NCBI GenBank assembly: GCA_965215015.1
Contig: OZ244042.1
Span: 768,001 to 832,000 of the forward strand
Reading direction: 5' to 3'
Source: Candidatus Poribacteria bacterium
GTDB taxonomy: Bacteria > Poribacteria > WGA-4E > PCPOR2b
DNA: 64,000 bases
Below the pieces are notes generated by a model. The model was not told the DNA's origin, ran no database searches, and saw only the letters and a list, made by a program, of their open reading frames with translations. A program made the translations under genes and the position numbers. This document shows positions 1 through 8,797 of the stretch, one piece after another. Each line of letters opens with the position of its first letter. Position 1 is the stretch's first letter.

Positions 1-226
1 CCGGGTATGAAGTGTAGGCGAGATGGTCTGGCAATTCGAGATCGTGAATGGCGGCTTTGAGGCGTTGTGCATCAATATCGACCAAGCCGACCAATTCAAA
101 CCTGTCAGGTCGCGCCAGAAAGCTGCGTGCGTGTGACTTTCCTCTGCCGCTGCCCACGACAATCATGCACAGCGGTTTCTCCGTTCCAACGTGGTTTTCT
201 GTCGCTTTGATTGATTCCCTGTTCAC
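1..226 (-). CDS. Gfo/Idh/MocA family oxidoreductase, N-terminal part (runs off the left edge)
   Basis: Manual translation from GTG at 226 (GGAGG RBS upstream) gives MNRESIKATENHVGTEKPLCMIVVGSGRGKSHARSFLARPDRFELVGLVDID..., a Rossmann GxGxxG start typical of this family. Not in the ORF track. Confidence 0.7.
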   Translation of the reverse strand, partial: MNRESIKATENHVGTEKPLCMIVVGSGRGKSHARSFLARPDRFELVGLVDIDAQRLKAAIHDLELPDHLAYTSYP

Positions 227-435
227 AGTAATCCCTCCAATATCTGGCTCGATAAGTCTTGGGAGGGTTTCGTGGGGTGAGGCCTCTGTCCCAACGACTC
301 CTCCGCTACAACCTGGATGCTTGCACACGGAAAGACAGCAACCTGCGCGTTTTGAGGCAGCTTTTCCGCAAGCATATTGACAAACATATCCCACTCACGG
401 AAGAGAACATTGTTGGAGCACTTCCTGTAAAACTT
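223..435 (-). pseudogene. 3' fragment of a truncated gene, resembling the C-terminus of lactate-racemase (LarA)-domain proteins
   Basis: Open frame KFYRKCSNNVLFREWDMFVNMLAEKLPQNAQVAVFPCASIQVV...EGLL*. Its TGA overlaps the GTG start of the next gene (GTGA coupling), and the frame begins exactly at the repeat end at 436. The family call is from motif memory only. Confidence 0.4.
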
Positions 436-453
436 TAGGACTTACGCAGTTGA
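436..453 (+). mobile_element. Orphan terminal inverted repeat, family 1 (TAGGACTTACGCAGTTGA)
   Basis: The same end sequence occurs at 2461, 4526 (rc), 42291, 42666 (rc), 59932 and 60132 (rc). Confidence 0.6.
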
Positions 454-503
454 GCCCTTACTCGCGTTACCTATTATTCGTTATTCTTCTCGATTATATT
501 GAG

Positions 504-2126
504 TTAGTCAGCGGGATCTCCTTGCTGCCGTTGATAGTGTAAGGCAGCGCGGATAAAGTCACGGAACAGTGGATGGGGCTCAAGCGGTTTGGATTGAAAT
601 TCGGGATGGAATTGCGAGCCGACCATCCACGGATGGTCAACAACCTCGGTGATTTCAACCAGATTCTCGTCGGGTGATACCCCGCTAAAACACAATCCTT
701 CAGATTCAAGGGCTTCCCGATAACAGTTGTTCAACTCATATCGATGGCGGTGTCGTTCTAAGATGATCGGTTGTTGATAAGCTTGATAGCTTTTTGTGTT
801 TTCCTTGAGAACACACGGATAGAGTCCAAGTCGCATTGTGCCGCCGAGGTTGGTATTTTTTCGTTGATCTAACATCAAATCAATTACTGGATGGGGCGTG
901 TCTTCGTCAAACTCGGAACTGTTTGCGCTTTTCAGTTTTGCGAGGTGCCGTGCAACGTCAATTACCATGCACTGCATACCGAGACATAGCCCAAAGTAGG
1001 GAATCTTCTGTTCTCGCGCGTAGCGTGAGGCGATAATCATCCCTTCAATGCCGCGGTAGCCAAAGCCCCCGGGAACGAGAATCCCGTCAACCCCCTCAAA
1101 CTGCCCAGCCAAGTTTTGGTTGTTCCCCAGCATTTCAGATTCGATCCATTTGATGTCTATGGATGCGTCGTTGGCAATTCCACCGTGCTTGAGTGCTTCC
1201 TTCACACTGAGGTAGGTATCAGAACCCTGAACATATTTACCGACAATCGCTATCTGGGTCCGATATTTGGGGTGTTTCAGTTTATCAACCATCTTTGCCC
1301 ACTCAACATCATTCGACGGACGCTCTTCCAACCCAAGGCGCTTGATCACTAGATGTGCCATGCCTTGCCGCTCAAAGTTGAGTGGAATCTCATCAACCAA
1401 ATCGGTGTCAAGGCCTTCAACGATGTACTCCTCCTGAAGCCCACAGAGAAGCGAGATCTTCTGCCGTATCCCCTCTTCCATCGGTTGACTTGTGCGGCAA
1501 ATCAAGAGATCGGGCTGGATGCCATACTCCTGTAGCGTACGGATGCTATGTTGGGTCGGTTTGCTCTTGCTTTCTCCGTTGGGAAGGGTATAGATTAGCG
1601 AAACATGAATAAACAAGGTATTTTCGCGGCCAGCCTCCACTGCCATTTGTCGAATTGCCTCTACAAATGGGGGTGTCTCAAAATCTCCAATGGTCCCGCC
1701 AATCTCCGTAATCACTATTTCGGCATCGCTATCGCGACCCAGTTGGTAGATACGCTCTTTGATCTCATCGGTGACGTGCGGAATGAGTTGCACAGTCCCA
1801 CCCAAATAATCTCCGCGCCGCTCTTTGGCAATGACCGCACTGTATACCGAACCTGTTGTGAAGTTTGAATATTGATTGAGGTCAATTCCTGTAAATCGCT
1901 CATAATTGCCGAGATCGAGATCGGTTTCCGCGCCGTCCCGCGTCACAAACACCTCACCGTGTTGAAATGGGTTCATCGTGCCAGCATCCGAGTTGAGGTA
2001 TGGGTCAATTTTCACCACCATAACCTTGAACCCACGATTGATGAGCAAGCGACCGAGCGATGCTGTTGTTATTCCCTTTCCGATACCAGAGATTACACCG
2101 CCAGTTACGAAGATGTACTTTGTCAT
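504..2126 (-). CDS. pyrG: CTP synthase
   Basis: MTKYIFVTGGVISGIGKG, DPYLN, GTMNPFQHGEVFV, GLCLGMQ (catalytic Cys), ERHRHRYE and QFHPE motifs; 540 aa. Confidence 0.98.
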   Translation of the reverse strand: MTKYIFVTGGVISGIGKGITTASLGRLLINRGFKVMVVKIDPYLNSDAGTMNPFQHGEVFVTRDGAETDLDLGNYERFTGIDLNQYSNFTTGSVYSAVIAKERRGDYLGGTVQLIPHVTDEIKERIYQLGRDSDAEIVITEIGGTIGDFETPPFVEAIRQMAVEAGRENTLFIHVSLIYTLPNGESKSKPTQHSIRTLQEYGIQPDLLICRTSQPMEEGIRQKISLLCGLQEEYIVEGLDTDLVDEIPLNFERQGMAHLVIKRLGLEERPSNDVEWAKMVDKLKHPKYRTQIAIVGKYVQGSDTYLSVKEALKHGGIANDASIDIKWIESEMLGNNQNLAGQFEGVDGILVPGGFGYRGIEGMIIASRYAREQKIPYFGLCLGMQCMVIDVARHLAKLKSANSSEFDEDTPHPVIDLMLDQRKNTNLGGTMRLGLYPCVLKENTKSYQAYQQPIILERHRHRYELNNCYREALESEGLCFSGVSPDENLVEITEVVDHPWMVGSQFHPEFQSKPLEPHPLFRDFIRAALHYQRQQGDPAD

Positions 2127-2160
2127 CTCGATAGCAACTCCTTCTATCTGTTAAGTATGT

Positions 2161-2400
2161 GAAGGGTGCTCATAAAAGTAGTCGGTACACTCCGTCGTGC
2201 CGTAGACTCCACAATCGTTACCGCATATGGCTTGGCTGACACCCAACTGCCATTAAACTCCCAACCATATATGGGGAAAAACAAAATATTCCCAACCCCG
2301 TAGGTTGAGACATCTTGCCCCATCTACCGCCTGAGATTCCTATCTGTATCCGTGCAATCTGCTGCAGCCGCGATTCAGACAATTATTATGAGCACCCCTC
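2161..2400. mobile_element. 240-bp MITE, family 2 (ends GA[A/G]GGGTGCTCATAA), with an 8-bp target-site duplication
   Basis: Left end GAAGGGTGCTCATAA and right end TTATGAGCACCCCTC. AAGTATGT directly flanks both sides (2153-2160, 2401-2408). Carries GTAG REP-like modules internally. Confidence 0.8.
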
Positions 2401-2460
2401 AAGTATGTGGACCGCGTCTAGCATATTCCGCATTGTGTAAAACGCAAAGTGAGAAATCAT

Positions 2461-2909
2461 TAGGGCTTACGCAGTTGAAACGTTCAAACCCTCGTAGTTC
2501 GGTATTGTCTGAATCACGGATTCAACTGATGAAGCGGAGGGCACGGACTCTCGCGCAATGTCCTGGGTGAATTGAGCCAGGATAGTATTGGTATCTACCC
2601 TAGCGTAATGTTGTTGACATCTTCAGGATTCAAAGCCATCTGAATCAGGATTTTCAGGATAAAAGGATTCACAGGATTAGATAACTCACGTTCACATCTA
2701 AACGACCAGATAGGTCTGAGGAAGGGGGCTTCTTATTGTCTGAATAGCGAATTAAACAGATGATACCGAAAACACGGATTGGGCACCCTCCGGGACATCC
2801 AAGAATCGGTGTGAATCTGCGATACACAGATGTTCTAAGGCTGCCAACTTCTGAGAAATGGCCCCCTCCGGTGGCACGATTTCACGAATTAGATTTATGA
2901 GCACTCCTC
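2461..2909. repeat. Stacked intergenic repeats: a family-1 end, three TCTGAAT/GGATT-type periodic repeats and an orphan family-2 end
   Basis: TAGGGCTTACGCAGTTGA at 2461; (TTG)TCTGAAT heads near 2506, 2639 and 2737, followed by ~9-nt-period GGATT units; TTATGAGCACTCCTC at 2895-2909. Confidence 0.65.
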
Positions 2910-2921
2910 AACTAACTTGCG

Positions 2922-3659
2922 TTATCTCCGTGATTTTAAGATTTCAAGCACTCGCTCCAAATCGGCGGGCACATCAACCCCAATCAAGGAATGCTCTGTT
3001 TCAACGACACAGATGTGGATGCCGTGCTCAAGGAAGCGCAACTGCTCAAGTCCTTCGGCACTCTCGTAAGGCGTTCTCTCCCATTGGGTAAACTCAAGGA
3101 GTCGCTCTCGGCGATAAGCGTACAGCCCTACATGCCGATAGTTCGGGTGGGTTTGTCGCCAATGATTCGAGAGATTGCCGGGGATTGAAGCTCTCGAAAA
3201 ATACAAGGCGAAGCCTTGGAGGTCAGTCACAACTTTAACGACGTTGGGATCTCGATAATCCGCTTCATTTTCGACCTGTTGTTTCAACGTACTGACTTCC
3301 ACACTGGGGTCATCAAGAAACGGTTGAATCATCTGATCAATGACCACCGGCTCCAGCAACGGTTCATCGCCCTGAATGTTTGCCACGACATCGCAATCGA
3401 GTGTTTCCGCAACAATCGCAACCCTTTCGGTGCCTGTGGGACAATCCGGCGATGTCATGACCACCTGTCCACCGAAGCTGATAACCGCATCGTGAATTCG
3501 CCGGTCATCGGTTGCAACGATGACAGCCTCCAGCGTTTGGGCACAGACCGCTCGCTCGTAGACGTGTTGCACCATTGGTTTGCCGAGGATATCTACCAAC
3601 GCCTTGCCCTGAAACCGACTTGACGCATATCGAGCGGGGATAATTCCTACGATTTTCAC
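2922..3659 (-). CDS. kdsB: 3-deoxy-manno-octulosonate cytidylyltransferase (CMP-Kdo synthetase)
   Basis: IIPARYASSRFQGKAL, TGTER, NIQGDEP, ALYFSR and EGLEQLR motifs. Start placed at GTG 3659 after an AAGGAG RBS; the ORF track extends it to 3740. Confidence 0.95.
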   Translation of the reverse strand: MKIVGIIPARYASSRFQGKALVDILGKPMVQHVYERAVCAQTLEAVIVATDDRRIHDAVISFGGQVVMTSPDCPTGTERVAIVAETLDCDVVANIQGDEPLLEPVVIDQMIQPFLDDPSVEVSTLKQQVENEADYRDPNVVKVVTDLQGFALYFSRASIPGNLSNHWRQTHPNYRHVGLYAYRRERLLEFTQWERTPYESAEGLEQLRFLEHGIHICVVETEHSLIGVDVPADLERVLEILKSRR

Positions 3660-3793
3660 GACTTTGAACTCTCCTTGGCGTTTACGTGCTTCAGGGGCTA
3701 CCACTACAGGCTCATCTCTAACCTGATAAAACTTTATCACAGGTTGGCTATTTGTGCAACGAAAAATATTAGAAATTTCAGGCGAGAGAAACC

Positions 3794-3822
3794 TTTACCG
3801 CGGATGACGAATATGCTATAAT
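3794..3822 (+). promoter_or_regulatory. Sigma70-type promoter with extended -10
   Basis: TTTACC-N17-TATAAT with TGn before the -10. Confidence 0.5.
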
Positions 3823-3885
3823 ACAGTAATCAATTATGACTCATCTTAAAAGAAGGAATGTTTTGTGTAGCAGCCCCGGATAGAA

Positions 3886-4071
3886 TTATCTGCGCCGTCG
3901 GTGGCGAGGGCTGCGTATTCCCAGGTTCCTGTCAAAAGAATCTTGAATGTGCTTTTGGGTGGGTGGTTTGAGATTATCATACCGATTTCCGTCAGGTTTC
4001 GTCCGTAAATGAGGTCTGACGAGGGTGCCATTTTTACGCGAGTCAGACTTAAGGCGTTGTAGGCGTGGCAT
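3886..4071 (-). CDS. Small, very basic hypothetical protein (61 aa)
   Basis: Strong AAGGAGG RBS before ATG 4071. Contains RKNGTLVRPHLRTKPDGNRYDN, resembling a widespread small-protein motif (R-K-N/D-G-T-x-V-x-P-H-x-R-T-x-P-D), and ends RHRRRR. An alternative in-frame start lies at 4158-4161. Confidence 0.45.
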   Translation of the reverse strand: MPRLQRLKSDSRKNGTLVRPHLRTKPDGNRYDNLKPPTQKHIQDSFDRNLGIRSPRHRRRR

Positions 4072-4470
4072 AAAGGCGCCCCTCCTTTTGCCATGTAGAT
4101 GGTGAGTCAGAAATTTTGCCATGCACAGCGAAACTGTGTTGTACAACAGGTTAGACATCAAATGTCTCCTATAGGTAAGACGCCTTAGGATTGCAATGAA
4201 TTATTCACAACGATTGGCAAGTTCACTCATAGAATATCACAAAAAAAATAGCAAACACAATAGATTGTTAAGTCTAAAACTATTAAATGCGTATTGATAA
4301 TATAACTACTCCATGGACTCACATCAAAAACCGAATCATCAATCATTTTATAGGTTGAATACTTAATAGGATAGGCTATAATAAATATTTCGACCTGACT
4401 TGCAAATGATAAAAGATCGTTAGGACGATAAGCCTCCCCAACATAATCCGGTAAATCTCCTAACGGTATC

Positions 4471-4526
4471 CAGCGGCGATAAATCGCCGAACGACAAGGC
4501 TTTGAGCCTTCACTGCGTAAGTCCTA
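4471..4526 (-). mobile_element. Family-1 element end with adjacent GGCGATAAATCGCC hairpin
   Basis: The reverse complement reads TAGGACTTACGCAGTGAAGGCTCAAAGCCTTGTCGTTCGGCGAT, matching the left end at 59932 over about 45 nt. Confidence 0.6.
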
Positions 4527-4607
4527 AACTAAATCGGTTTCTGTTGCACCATTTCTTAACATGAGCCTCAATGATTAATCTCGAAATTCCTGTCAGAAAG
4601 GTTAGCT

Positions 4608-4916
4608 ATGGGCATACAGTTTTTCATTGTTTTCGTACTTTCAATCGCTTTTTTATCAATGGGTGTCACAGGCTGGCAGGGCTTTGTTTCAGTTTCGTGG
4701 GAGGACGGGATCCCTAAATTAGATTTTACGGTGAACTACTTCGCTATCTTTCAATGCTTCGTTGGCTTTTCATTATTTTTAATTAGCTTATATCTGATGG
4801 GTTTTTTTCTTTATCTCGAAGAGCGTGAAAGCGGTCGGATTATGAAAAATATTAAAAGCTTCGTAAAACTCAGGGAATATCTTGAATTGAGGGGACGCGA
4901 GGATAAGTCCAATTAG
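4608..4916 (+). CDS. Hypothetical membrane protein (2 predicted TM helices)
   Basis: 102 aa with two hydrophobic stretches; AT-rich; directly upstream of hemE. Confidence 0.55.
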   Translation: MGIQFFIVFVLSIAFLSMGVTGWQGFVSVSWEDGIPKLDFTVNYFAIFQCFVGFSLFLISLYLMGFFLYLEERESGRIMKNIKSFVKLREYLELRGREDKSN

Positions 4917-4938
4917 CCCCGAAAGAGTAGAGGATGCT

Positions 4939-6015
4939 ATGCTTAAGAATGATCTCCTCCTCCGTGCCGCACGGCGACTGCCGGTAGAACGAGTTCCGGT
5001 GTGGCTGATGCGCCAAGCCGGTCGTTCAGACCCGGCATATCGCGCATTAAAAGAAAAAATCAATCTCCCACTAGAACGGTTATTTCGGACGATGCCAAGC
5101 CCATTCAGCGATCAAGAGATTGAATGGGCGATTGAAATTTCTCTCTTACCCAAACGCATCGGGGTTGATGCAATCATTGTGTACAAGGACATTCTGACAC
5201 CACTCTGTCCGATGGGTGTGCACTTCCGATTTGCGCCCGGTCCCATTTTAGACTCACCCATTCGGACTCGAAACCAGATTGAGGCACTACACCCTCTCGA
5301 TGACCCCGCTTCACAGATGGCGTTTACCGGGAAGATTATCAGCGGGCTACGTCAGGCATTGGGGGGAGAATTACCGCTAATCGGTTTTGCGGGATCGCCG
5401 TTGACTCTAGCTTTTTTTATGGTCGCAGGAACTAGCCCGATGGCAGCCGGTGGGGGGATTTCAAACGCGGCGCACACTGTTTTTCAAATAATGGACGAAG
5501 AACCAGGGATATTTCACGAACTGCTTCAACGTTTGACGCAGATGACGATTAATTATCTCAACTACCAAATTTCGGCGGGTGCACAGATTGTGCAACTATT
5601 TGAATCCATCGCTGATCAGATTGATCTACCAAGATATCAAACCTTTGTCCAACCGTATCACGAACAAATCTTTGCGGCGTTAAATCCAAATACACCTTCT
5701 ATTCTATTTGCCAAAGAGTGCTCCTACCTCTCGCTGATGTTGGAAAGTGGTGCTAACGTTTTGAGCGTCGGAAAGTGTGTCGATCTGTCGATAGCACAGA
5801 GAGAGGCAAAAGGCAGAGTTGCCTTTCAGGGGAATGTAGATAATGCTATCCTGCGAGATGGAACCTGTGATGATATTACCGCCGCTGTCAATAACTGTTT
5901 ACAAGCTGGTAGAAAGGTCGGACATATCCTCAACCTCAGTCATGGACTCCACCGAGACACACCATTTGAAAATGTGAAGCACTTTGTGAAAGTTGCAAAA
6001 GAAGCACCGAATTAG
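4939..6015 (+). CDS. hemE: Uroporphyrinogen decarboxylase
   Basis: PVWLMRQAGR, PLIGFAGSP, QGNVD and ILNLSHG motifs. Confidence 0.95.
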   Translation: MLKNDLLLRAARRLPVERVPVWLMRQAGRSDPAYRALKEKINLPLERLFRTMPSPFSDQEIEWAIEISLLPKRIGVDAIIVYKDILTPLCPMGVHFRFAPGPILDSPIRTRNQIEALHPLDDPASQMAFTGKIISGLRQALGGELPLIGFAGSPLTLAFFMVAGTSPMAAGGGISNAAHTVFQIMDEEPGIFHELLQRLTQMTINYLNYQISAGAQIVQLFESIADQIDLPRYQTFVQPYHEQIFAALNPNTPSILFAKECSYLSLMLESGANVLSVGKCVDLSIAQREAKGRVAFQGNVDNAILRDGTCDDITAAVNNCLQAGRKVGHILNLSHGLHRDTPFENVKHFVKVAKEAPN

Positions 6016-6025
6016 GGAGTAAAAA

Positions 6026-7024
6026 TTGTTGAAGAAGGATAAAAATCCTGAATGGGACTCGAGGAAAAGCGCGTATGATAGCATCCTGCTCGTCGGGTTC
6101 GGGGGACCAACCCCCGGTTGCTGTCGGCAATACGATCTATGTCCTGGGGAAGCTTACTGTTTCGTCGAGGGGATCGTCGGGAGTGCGCCATTGAATACTG
6201 ACCGTGTGGAAGAGGTCGTGAGCCACTATGTCAAACTCGGCGGATTTTCGCCCTTTAACGAATTGACATTTAAGCAGGCAGACGCGCTTGGAAGTGCACT
6301 CAGGAAACGAGACGTTGATTTGCCTATCTATGTGGGGATGCGCAATTGGACGCCATATCTCTATGAAACGATAGCGAGGATCTCCGAACAAGGACATCAC
6401 AACATCCTTGCTATCATCATGTCCGCCTATCGGTCTAAAGCCAGTTGGGAGCGTTATCAGAACGATGTTATTGCTGCGGTCAAAACGGTAGGGGACCAAA
6501 CGCTAAGTATCCGTTATTTAGAAGATTCGTGGCATCTACACCCTGGCTTTATCAACGCCATCGCTGAGCGTATCCGGACCGCATGCAACGGCATTGTTAA
6601 GTCGCGTTTTGCTAAGGCTGCCCTGATCTTTACCGCTCACGCAATTCCCCAAGTCGCTGCAAAGACCTCCCCGTACCCCGAACAGTTTCGTCAAACCGCT
6701 TCAGCTGTGGCGGAGGCCCTTGGGACAGATTTTGATATTGCTTATCAGAGTGCGCCCGATAACCCAACCGTGCCGTGGACGGGGCCTGATATTAATGACC
6801 TAATCCCAAAGAAAAGGGAGGCGGGGGTTCAAGAGGTCATTGTATCGCCGATCGGTTTCCTCTGTGACCATGTCGAAGTGCTTTACGATCTCGATTTGGA
6901 AGCTAGGACAACCGCCGAGGCGTGTGGTATGAATTTTATCCGTGCTAGCACTGTTGGCGAGCATCCCGAATTCATCAATATGTTGGCAAACCTCGTATGT
7001 GAGGAATTTCAAACGGTGAGATAA
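6026..7024 (+). CDS. hemH: Ferrochelatase
   Basis: LLVGFGGP, GGFSP, GMRNWTPY, FTAHAIP, AYQS, WTGPD and PIGFLCDHVEVLYDLD motifs; follows hemE. Confidence 0.93.
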   Translation: MLKKDKNPEWDSRKSAYDSILLVGFGGPTPGCCRQYDLCPGEAYCFVEGIVGSAPLNTDRVEEVVSHYVKLGGFSPFNELTFKQADALGSALRKRDVDLPIYVGMRNWTPYLYETIARISEQGHHNILAIIMSAYRSKASWERYQNDVIAAVKTVGDQTLSIRYLEDSWHLHPGFINAIAERIRTACNGIVKSRFAKAALIFTAHAIPQVAAKTSPYPEQFRQTASAVAEALGTDFDIAYQSAPDNPTVPWTGPDINDLIPKKREAGVQEVIVSPIGFLCDHVEVLYDLDLEARTTAEACGMNFIRASTVGEHPEFINMLANLVCEEFQTVR

Positions 7025-7075
7025 ACACCAAACCGATATGCGCCGTACGCGAAAATAACAAAGTAGGAGCACAAA

Positions 7076-7774
7076 ATGTCATCGTTCACAGAAACCATCA
7101 AAGGCGATAACCACGATATGGAACTTTACGTCTCTATACCCGATGGCGCGGGCCCTTTTCCCGCCGTGGTGGTCGCTCAGCACGCTGGCGGCGTTGACAC
7201 ATTCATCTGCACAATGGCGGATCGACTGGCGGAAGCCGGCTATGTCGCCGCCGCCCCAGATCTGTACCATCGATTGGGGCCCGATGACCCACGAAGCCCA
7301 CGGGAGCTCATAGACGCGGAGATGATTGCAGACGTTCAAGCGACCGTAGCATTCTTGCAGAACCACAGTGCGGTCGATAGCGAGACACTGGGCATCACCG
7401 GCTTCTGCATGGGAGGCAGAGTGGCATACCTGATGGCGGCGGCTCTCCCACAGTTCAAAGCCGTTGAAGCTTACTACGGCGGTAACACTATGGTGGCTTG
7501 GGGAGAAGGAGGCGCGTCGCCGTTTGAGCGTACCAGCGAAATTAATTGTCCACTACTGTTCCACTTTGGCGAGGAGGATGCCAACCCATCCCCGGAAGAT
7601 ATGCAGAAACTTAACGCTGAATTAACGCGTCATAACAAGACACACGAGTTCTATATGTATCCCAACGCAGGACACGCCTTTATGGATTTCTCCGGCGAGC
7701 GTTACCGAGAGGCGGCGGCGATAGCTGCCTGGCCGCGGACGTTGGATTTTTTCGCCCGGCATCTGGGTAACTAG
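7076..7774 (+). CDS. Dienelactone hydrolase family protein
   Basis: GFCMGG nucleophile motif, APDLY, YPNAGHAF. Confidence 0.9.
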   Translation: MSSFTETIKGDNHDMELYVSIPDGAGPFPAVVVAQHAGGVDTFICTMADRLAEAGYVAAAPDLYHRLGPDDPRSPRELIDAEMIADVQATVAFLQNHSAVDSETLGITGFCMGGRVAYLMAAALPQFKAVEAYYGGNTMVAWGEGGASPFERTSEINCPLLFHFGEEDANPSPEDMQKLNAELTRHNKTHEFYMYPNAGHAFMDFSGERYREAAAIAAWPRTLDFFARHLGN

Positions 7775-7805
7775 AATAAAAATATGCAATCGGGTAGCAG
7801 AATTT

Positions 7806-7860
7806 AACGCCAGGGCGCGAGGGAGCAAAGTTTTTTATTGTGTCTTCGCGCCCTGGTGTT
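7806..7860. repeat. 15-bp-arm inverted repeat (hairpin, possible terminator)
   Basis: AACGCCAGGGCGCGA...TCGCGCCCTGGTGTT downstream of the hemE-hemH-DLH run. Confidence 0.5.
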
Positions 7861-7948
7861 CTACTTTCTTCCCCGTATTCTCTAAGGTAAAATTTATTGA
7901 CCCCCTCGTTGCTTTGCAGATCTATAACAGGACAAAAGGAACATTGAT

Positions 7949-8758
7949 ATGGATTTTGTGAAACTCACAGCGGCGCAACGCCAATTTTTTGATGAAAACG
8001 GCTATCTGGTCGTTCCAGATGTGTTATCGTCGGAGATAATTGACAAACTCACTCAGGTCAGCGACCGGTTAATCGAATCGTTTGATGCAGACGATGCTTA
8101 TGTTCAAAGGCGTCCCGGTATCGTCCAAGAACCAGATTTTCATCCCTTGGTGACCCAGTCACCGACGGTCCCCTTAGTTGCCCAACTGTTATCTCCTAAT
8201 ATTCAGCTGCATACAACAGCGATTATTTATAAGTTCCCAGAGCCGGCGGACGAAGAAACCGTTAACCAGCGAGGCTGGCATCGTGACAGCGGTCTTGCGG
8301 AGGATCTGAGTCATAGTAACCTGCCGCGTGTTAGTATCAAAGTCGGATACTGCTTGACAGATTTTAAGCAACCGCGTTCCGGCTTTACGCTCTTCGCACA
8401 GGGATCGCATCTGATAGATACCCCGTTACCTATCCCGAAAGGAGAGGTAGATCCCGCCAGAATGGTTGAACTCCGGCTCAACCCTGGAGATGCTTTCCTT
8501 TTTGAAAATCGTCTTTTCCATACTTCTGCCCCGAACCTGACCGATCGTGTCTCAAAGATGGTGATTTTTGGCTATGCTTACCGTTGGATGGGTGGGGCGC
8601 ACAGAGCAATGAGCCTTGTCCAACCTGATGAGACTGTCTTAGCGCAGGTTGACGATGTTGCCAAACAGTTGCTGGGAGCGACAAGCGATGGCTTAATTGA
8701 TTGGGCAAAACAACACGATATTTTCCCGGAGCCTACCCCGTGGGTGATGGAGGTCTGA
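7949..8758 (+). CDS. Phytanoyl-CoA dioxygenase (PhyH) family Fe(II)/2OG dioxygenase
   Basis: FFDENGYLVV, WHRD, GSH, LFHT. Confidence 0.88.
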   Translation: MDFVKLTAAQRQFFDENGYLVVPDVLSSEIIDKLTQVSDRLIESFDADDAYVQRRPGIVQEPDFHPLVTQSPTVPLVAQLLSPNIQLHTTAIIYKFPEPADEETVNQRGWHRDSGLAEDLSHSNLPRVSIKVGYCLTDFKQPRSGFTLFAQGSHLIDTPLPIPKGEVDPARMVELRLNPGDAFLFENRLFHTSAPNLTDRVSKMVIFGYAYRWMGGAHRAMSLVQPDETVLAQVDDVAKQLLGATSDGLIDWAKQHDIFPEPTPWVMEV

Positions 8759-8797
8759 TATTAGACTGTAGACTGCTGACGATTACGAGGTGAAGTT

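Noticed and set aside
4137-4148. Perfect palindrome TGTTGTACAACA as a GntR-type operator
   Set aside because: It is a single 12-bp occurrence with no regulator nearby, compatible with chance.
3827-4577. XerC/D dif-like sites at the islet borders
   Set aside because: One arm only loosely resembles TTATGTTAAAT and there is no XerC-like arm. Kept only as a generic imperfect inverted repeat.
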